Positions 1 to 8,948 of a DNA stretch of 64,000 bases are shown piece after piece. A model generated the notes under the pieces. The model searched no databases and was not told the DNA's origin. It saw nothing but the letters and a program-made list of their open reading frames with translations. This DNA is from Candidatus Doudnabacteria bacterium (lineage in GTDB: Bacteria; Patescibacteriota; Doudnabacteria; UBA920): NCBI GenBank assembly GCA_003151625.1, contig PLYC01000013.1:93210-157209 (forward strand), read 5' to 3'. A program made the translations under genes and the position numbers. The first letter of the stretch is position 1. Each line of letters begins with the position of its first letter.

Positions 1-85
1 TTATGCCCGACTTTTTAGCAAGGTCATGTTGAGTAATCCCCTGCTTGGTTCTTATTCTCTTTAAATTTTCGCCAATAGTTGCCAT
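1..85 (-). CDS. XRE/Cro-C1-type HTH transcriptional regulator (partial; N-terminus only, runs off window start)
   Basis: Minus-strand translation from ATG at 85: MATIGENLKRIRTKQGITQHDLAKKSGI..., a classic helix-turn-helix signature. Divergent from the serine recombinase. Confidence 0.5.
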   Translation of the reverse strand, partial: MATIGENLKRIRTKQGITQHDLAKKSGI

Positions 86-138
86 AGTATCCAAATTTTG
101 ATAGTCTATATGTAAATAAAATTTTAATCAATAATTCT

Positions 139-1701
139 ATGGTATCAAACAAATCTCCTTTAGTAAACAACTATTTCCTCTACGCCCGTAAATCCACTGA
201 CGTGGAAGACAAACAGGTTTTATCCATTGAAGCTCAATTGTCAGAATTACGTACATTGGCAAAGGGGCAGTCCCTAAACATTATTTGTGAGTTCGTGGAA
301 AAACAGTCGGCCAAATCTTTAGGTCGTCCTGTTTTTAACGATATGCTCGCACGGATTGGGAAAGGAGAAGCCCAAGGACTTGTCAGTTGGAAACTAGACA
401 GACTAGCCCGCAATCCAGTCGACGGCGGCCAGATAAGCTGGATGCTGCAGCGCGGAATACTCCAGCATATCCAAACCAATGAGCGGAGCTATTACTCAAC
501 TGACAATGTTCTTCTTATGAGCGTGGAGTTCGGCATGGCCAACCAGTTTATCTTGGATTTGAGCAGTAACACAAAACGTGGTCTTAGGGAAAAAGTCAGA
601 CGCGGTGACTTCCCCGCTCTGGCTCCTATCGGCTATCTTAATGACCCAAGAACTAAGACAGTTGTTATTAACAGAAAAAAAGCCGAGCTCATTAAAAGGG
701 CTTTTGAGATTTATTCTCAAAACAATTCCCGGCTGGAAGATATATCTACCTTTTTAGCCGAACATGGCCATGTTTCAAGCTATGGAAAGCCGTTGAGCCG
801 TGATCAAATTACAATGTTCCTTTCTAACCCTTTTTATTATGGTCACTTTCGATATATGGGCGAAGTCTATGAAGGACGGCATAAGCCGATTGTTACTAAA
901 CAGCTTTGGGATAAGGTGCAGGTAGTTTTAAAAGACCGCGGTCGTGTTCATAAGAGCCCGTATAACGATCCAAGGCCATTCTGCGGTCTCCTTCGCTGTG
1001 GCCAGTGTGGTTGTGCTATCACGGGCGAGAACAAGACAAAATATCAAAAAAATGGCACAACCCACCATTATGTGTATTACCGCTGTACAAGGAAGAAGGG
1101 TATTTGCCGGGAACTTGCCGTTCGTGACGAAGTTTTGGATTTGCAACTTACAAACATTCTTAAGGATTTTGTTATGCCACCGGATTGGGCCGAAACTTTG
1201 GAAAAAATGGCCGACAAACACAGTCAGCAGTCAGCACATTCCACTGCGGGGTTTGTTCAAGACTTGCGGTCAAAGGTTTTGGATATTGACCGCAAGCTCC
1301 AAAGGCTTCGAGACATCTACCTTGACCAGGATATTGAACGGGATGAATACCTAAAAGACAAGAATACCTTGATGTCCGAAAAGAAGTCTTTGGAGGGGCA
1401 GATAGCCCGTTTTGAGCAAAACCAGAATGCTTGGCTCGCACCTCTCAAAAATTGGCTGAAAGACGCAGAAACATTGGGCGAAATAACGCTTTCGCCCGAA
1501 CTGCACCCCAAAAAACTCTTTGCCCAAAAAATCTTCGGCTCGCACCTGTTCCTTCAAAATCAAAAAGTTGTTTTCACCCCACAAAAACAATGGGCGGCCG
1601 TTAAGGCCGCCCGTGCAAAAGTGGGGAAAGTCCCCTTGAGTTGTATAGTGGAGCCCACTATCGGATTTGAACCGATCACCTGCTCCTTACCATTAGGGTA
1701 A
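139..1701 (+). CDS. large serine recombinase (resolvase/invertase N-domain + recombinase domain + zinc ribbon)
   Basis: N-terminal YARKSTDVEDKQVLSIEAQ, a catalytic Ser-recombinase-like motif. Cys cluster CGQCGCAI...YRCTRKKGICR. 520 aa. The C-terminal 18 aa are encoded by the att/tRNA-derived repeat. Confidence 0.85.
   Translation: MVSNKSPLVNNYFLYARKSTDVEDKQVLSIEAQLSELRTLAKGQSLNIICEFVEKQSAKSLGRPVFNDMLARIGKGEAQGLVSWKLDRLARNPVDGGQISWMLQRGILQHIQTNERSYYSTDNVLLMSVEFGMANQFILDLSSNTKRGLREKVRRGDFPALAPIGYLNDPRTKTVVINRKKAELIKRAFEIYSQNNSRLEDISTFLAEHGHVSSYGKPLSRDQITMFLSNPFYYGHFRYMGEVYEGRHKPIVTKQLWDKVQVVLKDRGRVHKSPYNDPRPFCGLLRCGQCGCAITGENKTKYQKNGTTHHYVYYRCTRKKGICRELAVRDEVLDLQLTNILKDFVMPPDWAETLEKMADKHSQQSAHSTAGFVQDLRSKVLDIDRKLQRLRDIYLDQDIERDEYLKDKNTLMSEKKSLEGQIARFEQNQNAWLAPLKNWLKDAETLGEITLSPELHPKKLFAQKIFGSHLFLQNQKVVFTPQKQWAAVKAARAKVGKVPLSCIVEPTIGFEPITCSLPLG
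1647..1688. repeat. 42-bp direct repeat (left copy), identical to the 3' portion (anticodon loop to CCA) of the minus-strand tRNA-Thr at 26196-26237; putative att site
   Basis: Exact match agtggagcccactatcggatttgaaccgatcacctgctcctt at both positions. The reverse complement contains T-arm GGTTCAAATCC, the acceptor 3' strand and CCA. Confidence 0.85.
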
Positions 1702-1884
1702 GATGGAAATAATATCCATTTTCACCCTAGATGGTAAGGGATTACTGGAAAAAAGATTTAAAAAGTTATGCCGTTACAGTGAGCAACTCCCTGCACAAAA
1801 TTCAGGGACGAAATCCAAGAATAAAAGCTACTGCAACAAACTTATTTAAGTGCTTTTTTAATGTTCTATTTAAATCATAGCACA

Positions 1885-2835
1885 CTAAATTAAATTTTCC
1901 ATATTGGCCAAAGACTCCACGTCGGGCCGCAAGGTATGGGTTGGCAGACAGCGCAGATAGACTTCCGTCATGCGCAAATCCGTATGCCCAAGTAACTGCT
2001 TAAGCGCGGCCAAACTTCCTCCGTTCGCCAAAAAGTTTACGGAGAATGTATGCCGGTATTGGTGAACATGAAATTTCACGCCCGAACCCTCAATCACTTT
2101 GTTTACAAAATGTTTGAAGCCGTCAAAACTTAGGCGTTGGTCCCGGCTGTTGGACACAAACAGGTACGGATTTTTATAGTCTTTTTCTTTACGGGCTTTT
2201 AGGTAATCAACTAATAATTTATACGCGGCCGAATTTATGGGAATAAAGCGATCCCTCCTGGACTTGGAAGTTTCCCCCCGCACATGGAGTTCGCGTTTTT
2301 CCAAATTCAAATCAAGCACCTTAAGTTGTATTAATTCCCCTCTCCTAACGCCGGTGTTAAGCAGGGTGCCAATAAGAGCCATACTCCTTTTTTGTATGAA
2401 TGGGCTATGCCAATCAATGTTAAGACTTACGGCTAGCCAAATCCGTTCCAGTTGTTGCTTGTTCAGGAATTTTCTGTCGCTGTAAATAATCCGAGGGTAG
2501 CGCATATGCTTAAATGGATTATCGGCCAGGTATTTATTTTGTACCAGCCAATCAAAAAAACTATTTAATTTTGACCGGTATGTACCAATGGTGCTAATCC
2601 TGACGCCATTCCTTATTTCCCCTTTTCCGACAACTCTGTCGCGCTGTTCCAGGCGTTTGAAGAATTCGTTTAGAGTTTTGATAGTTAGCGTGTTTAAATC
2701 TACCCCAGGCATAAGCTTTTGGAACAATTCAAACGTCGCCACGTATCCTCTAATTGTGGCCGGTGAGCGCCGGGTTGAATACCGGCGCTCGTTCACAAAC
2801 TCCTGGTGGAGTTCGGTTAAATCTCTATTCTTCAT
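1885..2835 (-). CDS. tyrosine recombinase/integrase (XerC/D-phage integrase family)
   Basis: C-terminal HQYRHTFSVNFLANGGSLAALKQLLGHTDLRMTEVYL (R..H..R/H..Y catalytic box). 316 aa. Confidence 0.85.
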   Translation of the reverse strand: MKNRDLTELHQEFVNERRYSTRRSPATIRGYVATFELFQKLMPGVDLNTLTIKTLNEFFKRLEQRDRVVGKGEIRNGVRISTIGTYRSKLNSFFDWLVQNKYLADNPFKHMRYPRIIYSDRKFLNKQQLERIWLAVSLNIDWHSPFIQKRSMALIGTLLNTGVRRGELIQLKVLDLNLEKRELHVRGETSKSRRDRFIPINSAAYKLLVDYLKARKEKDYKNPYLFVSNSRDQRLSFDGFKHFVNKVIEGSGVKFHVHQYRHTFSVNFLANGGSLAALKQLLGHTDLRMTEVYLRCLPTHTLRPDVESLANMENLI

Positions 2836-3808
2836 TTGGATCTCCTTCGGGTAGGCTTGCTACTTTAGCCTCTATAACTTCCGGTTCGGCTTCCTCCGGT
2901 TCGTTTAGCCATCTGGCGACATGCCTTTTGACGCTCCTAAGGTTTAGTAATACCCTGGCAATGTTAATTGCGCCTATATCTGCCGGGTTATAGTTTTGCA
3001 GATGGGTTATAAGCTTTCGGGAGGCATCGCTGATTTTTTCCGCTGGTTCCATGGCGGCACTAATGGCGTCACTAACTGGCGTGGGCGAGTAGTTGGGAAT
3101 AATTTTTGACATCTGGGCATTAACCGCAAATTCGTCTAAGCCCGTGTAATCAACATTCATTATTTCCACGCCTTGGTCCGGGTATTGCACCAACGCTCTT
3201 TTAACCGCCATCGCGCTTTCTTTGGACTGGAACTCTTCGGCAATTATTTTTTCTTCCATCTCTTCCTTAAAGTCTTCCGGGATGTCTTTTAAGGCGCGGG
3301 CGTAGCTAGAGGGTATACCTTTTTCGGTTATGGCTTTTTTCATAACAGGAGAAAGATCAAGTAGACTTAATTTCTCATGCACATAGCTTTCGGACTTACC
3401 TACAGCGTGGGCAAGTTCAGTAATGCCTTTGTCATTGTGACCACCACTCCCTTTTTTTGCCTTGGCAGGAGTGATTAATGAAAGCATCTGATGTAGTGCT
3501 TTGGCTATATCCATATCGGGCATGGAATTTTGGATCAAGTTTTCTATAACCTGTCTTTGAAACCGGGCGCTGGCGTTTTCTGGATTAACTTCGCGGCAGG
3601 GTACAGTTTTTAATCCTGCTTTTTTGGCTCCTTCGTAACGGACGTGACCGGTGACAATGACAAAATTATTGTCAATTTCTATGGGATTAATAATCCCTTG
3701 AGCCGCAATACTCCTGGCCATATCAGCGACCGCCGCAGGGTCAATCTTGGAACGCGGCTGGTTTGGATCGGGTTTAATTTTCCCAATCTGTACTTCTTTG
3801 ATGTTCAT
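2825..3808 (-). CDS. ParB-like nuclease (ParB N-terminal/Srx) domain protein
   Basis: GHVRYEGAKKAGLKTVPC resembles the ParB box GxRRxxAA..G..xVP. Overlaps the integrase gene by 11 nt (operon). Confidence 0.65.
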   Translation of the reverse strand: MNIKEVQIGKIKPDPNQPRSKIDPAAVADMARSIAAQGIINPIEIDNNFVIVTGHVRYEGAKKAGLKTVPCREVNPENASARFQRQVIENLIQNSMPDMDIAKALHQMLSLITPAKAKKGSGGHNDKGITELAHAVGKSESYVHEKLSLLDLSPVMKKAITEKGIPSSYARALKDIPEDFKEEMEEKIIAEEFQSKESAMAVKRALVQYPDQGVEIMNVDYTGLDEFAVNAQMSKIIPNYSPTPVSDAISAAMEPAEKISDASRKLITHLQNYNPADIGAINIARVLLNLRSVKRHVARWLNEPEEAEPEVIEAKVASLPEGDPNEE

Positions 3809-3819
3809 ATTGATTTGAA

Positions 3820-4197
3820 TTAGTTGTTTACAATTTTACCGAATTGTTTGAAGCACAATTCATGGTACTCACACAGAACATCTTTGAAATGTTCCTTAGA
3901 AGTAGCAAATTCGAGTCTTGATTCTTCCCTAAATTTCGGATTGACTAATTCCCAATTACACTTGGCTGGATTCGCTATAAAATGTAACGCTAATACAATA
4001 GCATCGTGTATAACCTCACCGGCTACTTGGCCACATTCTAAGGAGGCGCTGATTTCTACAAGTTCATCGTCGCTAAGTTCGTATCCAAGATGTTCTTTTG
4101 CTATGTCTTTAATTGAGCTTTCAGGGATTGCTAAAACTATACGGTCAATTTTAACTTTTTTTTGATTTTGTTTTGAAGACTTTGTAATTTTGTTCAT
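3820..4197 (-). CDS. hypothetical protein
   Basis: 125-aa ORF tightly following the ParB-like gene. No recognisable motif. Confidence 0.4.
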   Translation of the reverse strand: MNKITKSSKQNQKKVKIDRIVLAIPESSIKDIAKEHLGYELSDDELVEISASLECGQVAGEVIHDAIVLALHFIANPAKCNWELVNPKFREESRLEFATSKEHFKDVLCEYHELCFKQFGKIVNN

Positions 4198-4378
4198 GGT
4201 TTTATTAATTAGTTAATTATTTATTTACTCGCCCTTAAATTTTTTCTATTTCCAGAGCGAATAATTCAGGCAATGTGCAGTTTAATCCCGCCTAAACGGT
4301 AAAGTGGATGGGTAGTGGGCAAACAGAGTTTATAAGCCCTGTTTGCCCCAGTTTCATACCACTTTTTCCAACTCGTTT

Positions 4379-4669
4379 TTACAGAGCTGTTTTAGTCCTT
4401 CTTAACAGCTGTTCGAGAATATCTCTCTCATCGCTCCTGTCATATTCCCGTTTGTCTACCAACCTGTGGAAAGCCCGGCGTAAAGCGCGCTCGTTATAGC
4501 CTTGGCCTTGAACTGCTGCCGAGAAGCAATCCAAGGTGGGAAGATTTTCGTTTCCCGCTTTGGCTTTTACTTCACGGAACTTGGTCCGTATAGTTTGCAT
4601 ATGATTATTTTTTTTCTTAACGGCTTTCATAAAAACAATCAAGGGTAAAGTTGTGCCGCTATTAAACAA
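4379..4669 (-). CDS. hypothetical protein (start uncertain; TTG or internal ATG)
   Basis: 96-aa ORF. Basic/acidic composition. No motif. Confidence 0.3.
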   Translation of the reverse strand: MFNSGTTLPLIVFMKAVKKKNNHMQTIRTKFREVKAKAGNENLPTLDCFSAAVQGQGYNERALRRAFHRLVDKREYDRSDERDILEQLLRRTKTAL

Positions 4670-4693
4670 AATACCACGCTACACGCGTGGTAT
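4661..4693. promoter_or_regulatory. perfect 11-bp-stem inverted repeat (operator-like or bidirectional terminator)
   Basis: aaataccacgc-tacac-gcgtggtattt flanked by an A-run and a T-run. Sits at the 5' end of the minus-strand operon. Confidence 0.4.
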
Positions 4694-5397
4694 TTTGAGT
4701 TTAGGGCATTAAAAAACCCCGCTAAAAACTAAATATCGCGCTATCGCGTATAACTTAGTTTCTGCGGAGGGACAAATTACCCTTGCCTAGATGTATATTA
4801 CTTCAGAACACTTTGCTGACAGTTTCATCGCCCTTTAAGCCCGTAAGCTTTAAAGTGGAGGCCGTAGCCAACCTTAGAATGACATTTTCAGCTGTTTTTC
4901 TGTTGTTGAATATAACAGTAAACCCAATATTTGATTGTTAATACTAAGTATACACCCTAATTAGCAATCTGTCAAGAGGAGTGCTAATAAATATATTAAA
5001 ACTATTTGATTCATTGATGTTTTATTTGCGGAGAAGTGGCACCCATGCCCTAGTTTTTAGTGAATTATCCACAATTTTTTGGAGCCTTAAGGACAGTTCA
5101 TCGAGCTTTAAGGTTTCTTTACGGTTTTAGAATATAACAGCTTTATAAAATTACCAGAAAACCTATAATTGGACGAAAATTGCAAAATTGCAAATACGCC
5201 TCCCACCATAACGCCCATCCCTGGCATTTAACTACTTTAAGCCAAACTACTCCCCTACCCGGTTCCTATACTTTAATCCCTTTTTCCCAGAATATATTCT
5301 AGAAACAAAAATATTTTCAGGCTAGACCTGATTAAGCGTTCCCTGACCGGCATCGTAAACAAGCCGGTCTTTTTTAATTCTTAACTTTATAAATCTA

Positions 5398-5511
5398 TGG
5401 CAAAAGATTACCACAAGTGTCCGCAATGCAATCACAATCTTTCCTACGAGGAAGAGACTGACCAAATGTGCAGTGAATGTGGTTATTCCTGGTACGACAT
5501 AAACACTTAAT
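5398..5511 (+). CDS. small zinc-ribbon protein (37 aa, two CxxC pairs)
   Basis: MAKDYHKCPQCNHNLSYEEETDQMCSECGYSWYDINT. Not in the ORF track (<60 aa). Confidence 0.4.
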
Positions 5512-5579
5512 ACCTTATTTGTGAGCGTTGCCGAGGTCGACGGTAACGTTTTTAAAATTAATCGTTAATCAAAAAATCT

Positions 5580-5804
5580 ATGCAAAAAGTTATAGAAATG
5601 AACGTCGCCCTGGCGGACCATCCATTTATGGGTATGGATCATTGCGAAATTTGCAGGGCATTATTCTTTGCTAGAAGCCGAGAAAAGTGGAATCGGCTTT
5701 TGAGCCGTTGGGATCAAATCCGGGCAAGGTCACTGCAAACCCATAGTCTAAACCCTATGATTCAGCAGGCCATTATGACCAGGACTAAGGAGGACGAGCA
5801 ATGA
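5580..5804 (+). CDS. hypothetical protein
   Basis: 74-aa ORF. Stop overlaps the next start (ATGA), so likely an operon. Confidence 0.4.
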   Translation: MQKVIEMNVALADHPFMGMDHCEICRALFFARSREKWNRLLSRWDQIRARSLQTHSLNPMIQQAIMTRTKEDEQ

Positions 5805-6109
5805 CCGAACACATTGTTAAAACCTTAACCAACTGGACCGGTTCACAAAAAACCGAGGAATTGGTTAGAGAACAAGTCCGTCAGCTCCTTGGCGAGGATG
5901 AGGCAGATTCCTTTGATCCGCGCTATAGTGCCCGGCCTTTAAGGGCGTGGCATAAACTCGGAATGCGGGTTAAGGACTCGGAATTTAACCGGCCACTCCG
6001 TTCCTTCGTGCTTATACAGAAAAAGGACAAAGACGGCGTTGTCACCAAGCGCTACTTTAAAACCATTTTCCTATACCACGTACGGCAAACGGAATTGGTT
6101 AAGAGGTAA
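5801..6109 (+). CDS. hypothetical protein
   Basis: 102-aa ORF in an operon with the RadC-like gene. Confidence 0.45.
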   Translation: MTEHIVKTLTNWTGSQKTEELVREQVRQLLGEDEADSFDPRYSARPLRAWHKLGMRVKDSEFNRPLRSFVLIQKKDKDGVVTKRYFKTIFLYHVRQTELVKR

Positions 6110-6114
6110 AGCCT

Positions 6115-6585
6115 ATGAACTATGTTATAAGCCTTAACTGTAAAGTTGACGCCAGAAATCAAGAAGAGGCCAAAGCCAAGGCGCTGATGAATATCCAGGT
6201 TAGAGAAGCCGCACCTTTAATGCTTGCGCCTCTTGATGTTTATGAGTGTCTAGAAAAATACCGAAAAAAGCAGAAGGAATATTTTATTACCTGCCTCCTT
6301 GATACGCAAAATAACCTCCTGGGCTTTAAGGTTATTGCCGTCGGCACATTAAATACTTCGCTGGTGCATCCGCGCGAAGTATTCAGGCCTGCGATAGCCG
6401 CCAACTGCGCCAGTATTATTGTGGCGCACAACCATCCATCGGGAACATTGGAGCCGAGTCCCGAAGATGTCCAAGTCACCAAAAGGCTCAAGGAGTCAGG
6501 TAAATTGATAGGAATTGAACTCACGGATCATGTCATCATAACCATGTACGGCTTTTATAGCTTCCGCGAACATCACCTGCTCTAA
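6115..6585 (+). CDS. RadC-like JAB/MPN domain protein
   Basis: JAMM motif AHNHPSGTLEPSPEDV (HxHx7Sx2D). Confidence 0.8.
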   Translation: MNYVISLNCKVDARNQEEAKAKALMNIQVREAAPLMLAPLDVYECLEKYRKKQKEYFITCLLDTQNNLLGFKVIAVGTLNTSLVHPREVFRPAIAANCASIIVAHNHPSGTLEPSPEDVQVTKRLKESGKLIGIELTDHVIITMYGFYSFREHHLL

Positions 6586-6642
6586 ATAAAAAATTAATCA
6601 GGCCGAATTGCCTAATAGGCATTTGGCGGAAATATCAAACCC

Positions 6643-7023
6643 GTGAATACTAAGTTACAAATTAACCTGTCTACTCGCATTCAACCGGAGTCGCAAAAAG
6701 TCTTGGAATATTCTGTTTTGGCTAACGTGGCGGCCAATACTATTGATGAACTCTCGGAGTTGTATAGCCAAATGAAGAATGTACTGGGAAAGGAAGTAGT
6801 TATAACCGGCTTACTACAACAACCGTATACTCCAACGCCGGTTCAATTACCGGCCGCTCCGCCGAGGCAAGAAGAAGATTTGGGATTATGCCCAAACTGC
6901 TCCGCGCCTTTAAAGCGCATTGTCTGCAAAAAGTATGGGAGCAAAAACTATGGCAAGCAATACGCTGTCTGCCCCCGTCATAGAACGACCGGGTGCAGCC
7001 ACATTCAGGAACTTGCCAGTTAA
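6643..7023 (+). CDS. zinc-ribbon protein (topoisomerase-type C4 zinc finger-like C-terminus)
   Basis: CPNCSAPLKRIVCKKYGSKNYGKQYAVCPRHRTTGC. Confidence 0.5.
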   Translation: MNTKLQINLSTRIQPESQKVLEYSVLANVAANTIDELSELYSQMKNVLGKEVVITGLLQQPYTPTPVQLPAAPPRQEEDLGLCPNCSAPLKRIVCKKYGSKNYGKQYAVCPRHRTTGCSHIQELAS

Positions 7024-7245
7024 ATAAAATAAGGGTTTGGCTTAGGGCTATATGTCCTTTGTCTTACCCTTATTTTTTTCTTCCCGCTCAACAAAGTCGT
7101 CAATAAGCGTATTTATTATTTGGTATCAGCCATCCCTAAACTTTTTTATTTCTTCGTCTGTTAGGCTTCCAAACTCTTTTCCGAGTATCTCCCTGCATTT
7201 TTCTATGGATAGCATATTTTTTGCTCGCACCCGGTGAGGACAAGA

Positions 7246-7977
7246 TTATTTTGGTTCCTGCTCACTAACAACCAAGGTTTTTAGCAATTCTTCAATCTGC
7301 TGGCGGTCTTTTGGGAAATGGTAAAAAGGATGGGAGGCAATAAGCTTTTGAATCCATTGTTTTTGAATAATATAGGTATTTTCCAGAGGTTTAAGTCCAA
7401 AAGTTATTTTAGCTCTGGAAAACACTATTGTCGGTTTTATATAAATTTCTACTCCCAGTTTTTCTTTAAGAAAGTTATGCAGGGACAAAGCCTGGGACTT
7501 GGATTGCCATAAAAAGTTTTTTTCCAGCAGTTGGCCATATCTGGTTAGCTGGGAGCCATTAAAGCCTATTATGCCTTTGTGGCTTTTAACTTCTATGGTA
7601 AATATTCCGGTTGGCCCGACAAGCACAAAGTCTATATTCCCCTGCTCTGGCTTAATAACGACATCGGCAAATACGGAATAAGCGTCCGGTAGTTTTTTAA
7701 GTTCATAGGCAACTACATCTTCCCCTTTTAACCCCTGAAAAAATTTGTCAGCCATCCCGTCCTCTTTGTCAATTAGTTTTTTTATAACCCAAAAGAGCGG
7801 AGCAAAAACAATAATAGAAATTATTATGTAGCCGGGCTGGGATGTATGGCCGACTAATTTGGTAAAATATTCGTATAAAGCCCAAAGGCCGACTAAAGCG
7901 TATAACAAAACCGCGACCACAGAAACCCAGGCCATACGGATGGAATACTTACTTCGGTTGCCAAAAAATTGAGCCAT
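7246..7977 (-). CDS. NERD (nuclease-related domain) membrane protein
   Basis: N-terminal TM helices then DVVIKPEQGNIDFVLVGPTGIFTIEVKSHKG, NERD-like. Confidence 0.55.
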   Translation of the reverse strand: MAQFFGNRSKYSIRMAWVSVVAVLLYALVGLWALYEYFTKLVGHTSQPGYIIISIIVFAPLFWVIKKLIDKEDGMADKFFQGLKGEDVVAYELKKLPDAYSVFADVVIKPEQGNIDFVLVGPTGIFTIEVKSHKGIIGFNGSQLTRYGQLLEKNFLWQSKSQALSLHNFLKEKLGVEIYIKPTIVFSRAKITFGLKPLENTYIIQKQWIQKLIASHPFYHFPKDRQQIEELLKTLVVSEQEPK

Positions 7978-7981
7978 ATAG

Positions 7982-8566
7982 TTACAGGCTCGGTCCCCAA
8001 TAAATTACGTGGTGAATCTGGGTATGCCATAGCCAGCCGGTCTCCATTCCCAAATTATAAAACATTTTCCACATAAAGAACCTGATTAATAAGTTTGGTG
8101 TCATACACGCCGACTTTTCCCGGCCATTAGAAAAAAGTATATATACTTTGCTAAAATCGGAATCGTCGTATCTCATAGTAACATCATACGTGGCTCCGAA
8201 GTAGCTAACGGTTAGGCCGAGCTGTGGCCCGGACAAAAAAATAAAATGATGGCCGTTACTGTCAAAAGTGTTTAGGTAAAGCCCGTATTTCTTTTCCAAA
8301 TCAGCCACATTTGCCGGTATCTGGCTGGGATTGCTATAGCTTACGTAGTTTAAATAACCAATCGTGGCTTTAACCCCGTGCTTCCTGGCCTCTTGGGCGA
8401 CTTGAATGAAGTTGTAAGACTTGGACAGGTATATTTTGTCGTCTACGATGCTTTTGTAATCGCAAAATGCAAGACTGCCAAAGTCAAAAACGCAATAGTT
8501 AATTGCGGGTAAAACTATAAAAATTATTAACAGCCAAAACCAAACTTTTTTGTAATATTTCTTCAC
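7982..8566 (-). CDS. hypothetical secreted/membrane-anchored protein
   Basis: N-terminal hydrophobic segment. 194 aa. Confidence 0.45.
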   Translation of the reverse strand: MKKYYKKVWFWLLIIFIVLPAINYCVFDFGSLAFCDYKSIVDDKIYLSKSYNFIQVAQEARKHGVKATIGYLNYVSYSNPSQIPANVADLEKKYGLYLNTFDSNGHHFIFLSGPQLGLTVSYFGATYDVTMRYDDSDFSKVYILFSNGREKSACMTPNLLIRFFMWKMFYNLGMETGWLWHTQIHHVIYWGPSL

Positions 8567-8568
8567 AG

Positions 8569-8766
8569 CTAAGTATTTTTATTTGTTTTTAGAAAAGTAA
8601 TCATTTTGGTTATGGCTTCTTCCAAAGTTTTTCCGGTTTCTTTATGCTGGCTTCCGCCGCTAAAATAAGTTCTAACCAAACACTCGCCTGGCTTGTAGTA
8701 TAGGCTAAAGGTATTTTTTTGGGCCAGGGAAATTAATTCTTGAATTTGATTTTCCATAGGTGACAT
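8569..8766 (-). CDS. hypothetical protein
   Basis: 65-aa ORF adjacent to the upstream gene. Confidence 0.35.
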   Translation of the reverse strand: MSPMENQIQELISLAQKNTFSLYYKPGECLVRTYFSGGSQHKETGKTLEEAITKMITFLKTNKNT

Positions 8767-8773
8767 TAAGAAT

Positions 8774-8929
8774 TTATAAATCTAAATCATCAACATCAAT
8801 CCCCAAATTTTCCATCCGCTCTAAAGCCTCGTCAGCATCGCCATTGTTAATCTGCTCGGCCAGTTCTTCCTTTAGCCCGTCTTCGTCCACTTCCATTCTT
8901 ATTTCGTCCTCTAAATCTTCAAGTGGCAT
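8774..8929 (-). CDS. small acidic protein (51 aa)
   Basis: MPLEDLEDEIRMEVDEDGLKEELAEQINNGDADEALERMENLGIDVDDLDL. A truncated paralog of its 5' end lies at 11962-12009. Confidence 0.35.
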   Translation of the reverse strand: MPLEDLEDEIRMEVDEDGLKEELAEQINNGDADEALERMENLGIDVDDLDL

Positions 8930-8948
8930 AATTGCGTATGAGCAAATC

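Noticed and set aside
2237-2993. Plus-strand ORFs (2237-2485, 2588-2854, 2754-2993) overlapping the integrase and ParB genes
   Set aside because: Antisense to well-supported genes. No motifs.
5065-5073. Perfect DnaA box TTATCCACA as evidence of a replication origin
   Set aside because: Only a single box was noticed. A 9-mer can occur by chance in AT-rich DNA. I kept it only as a minor note.
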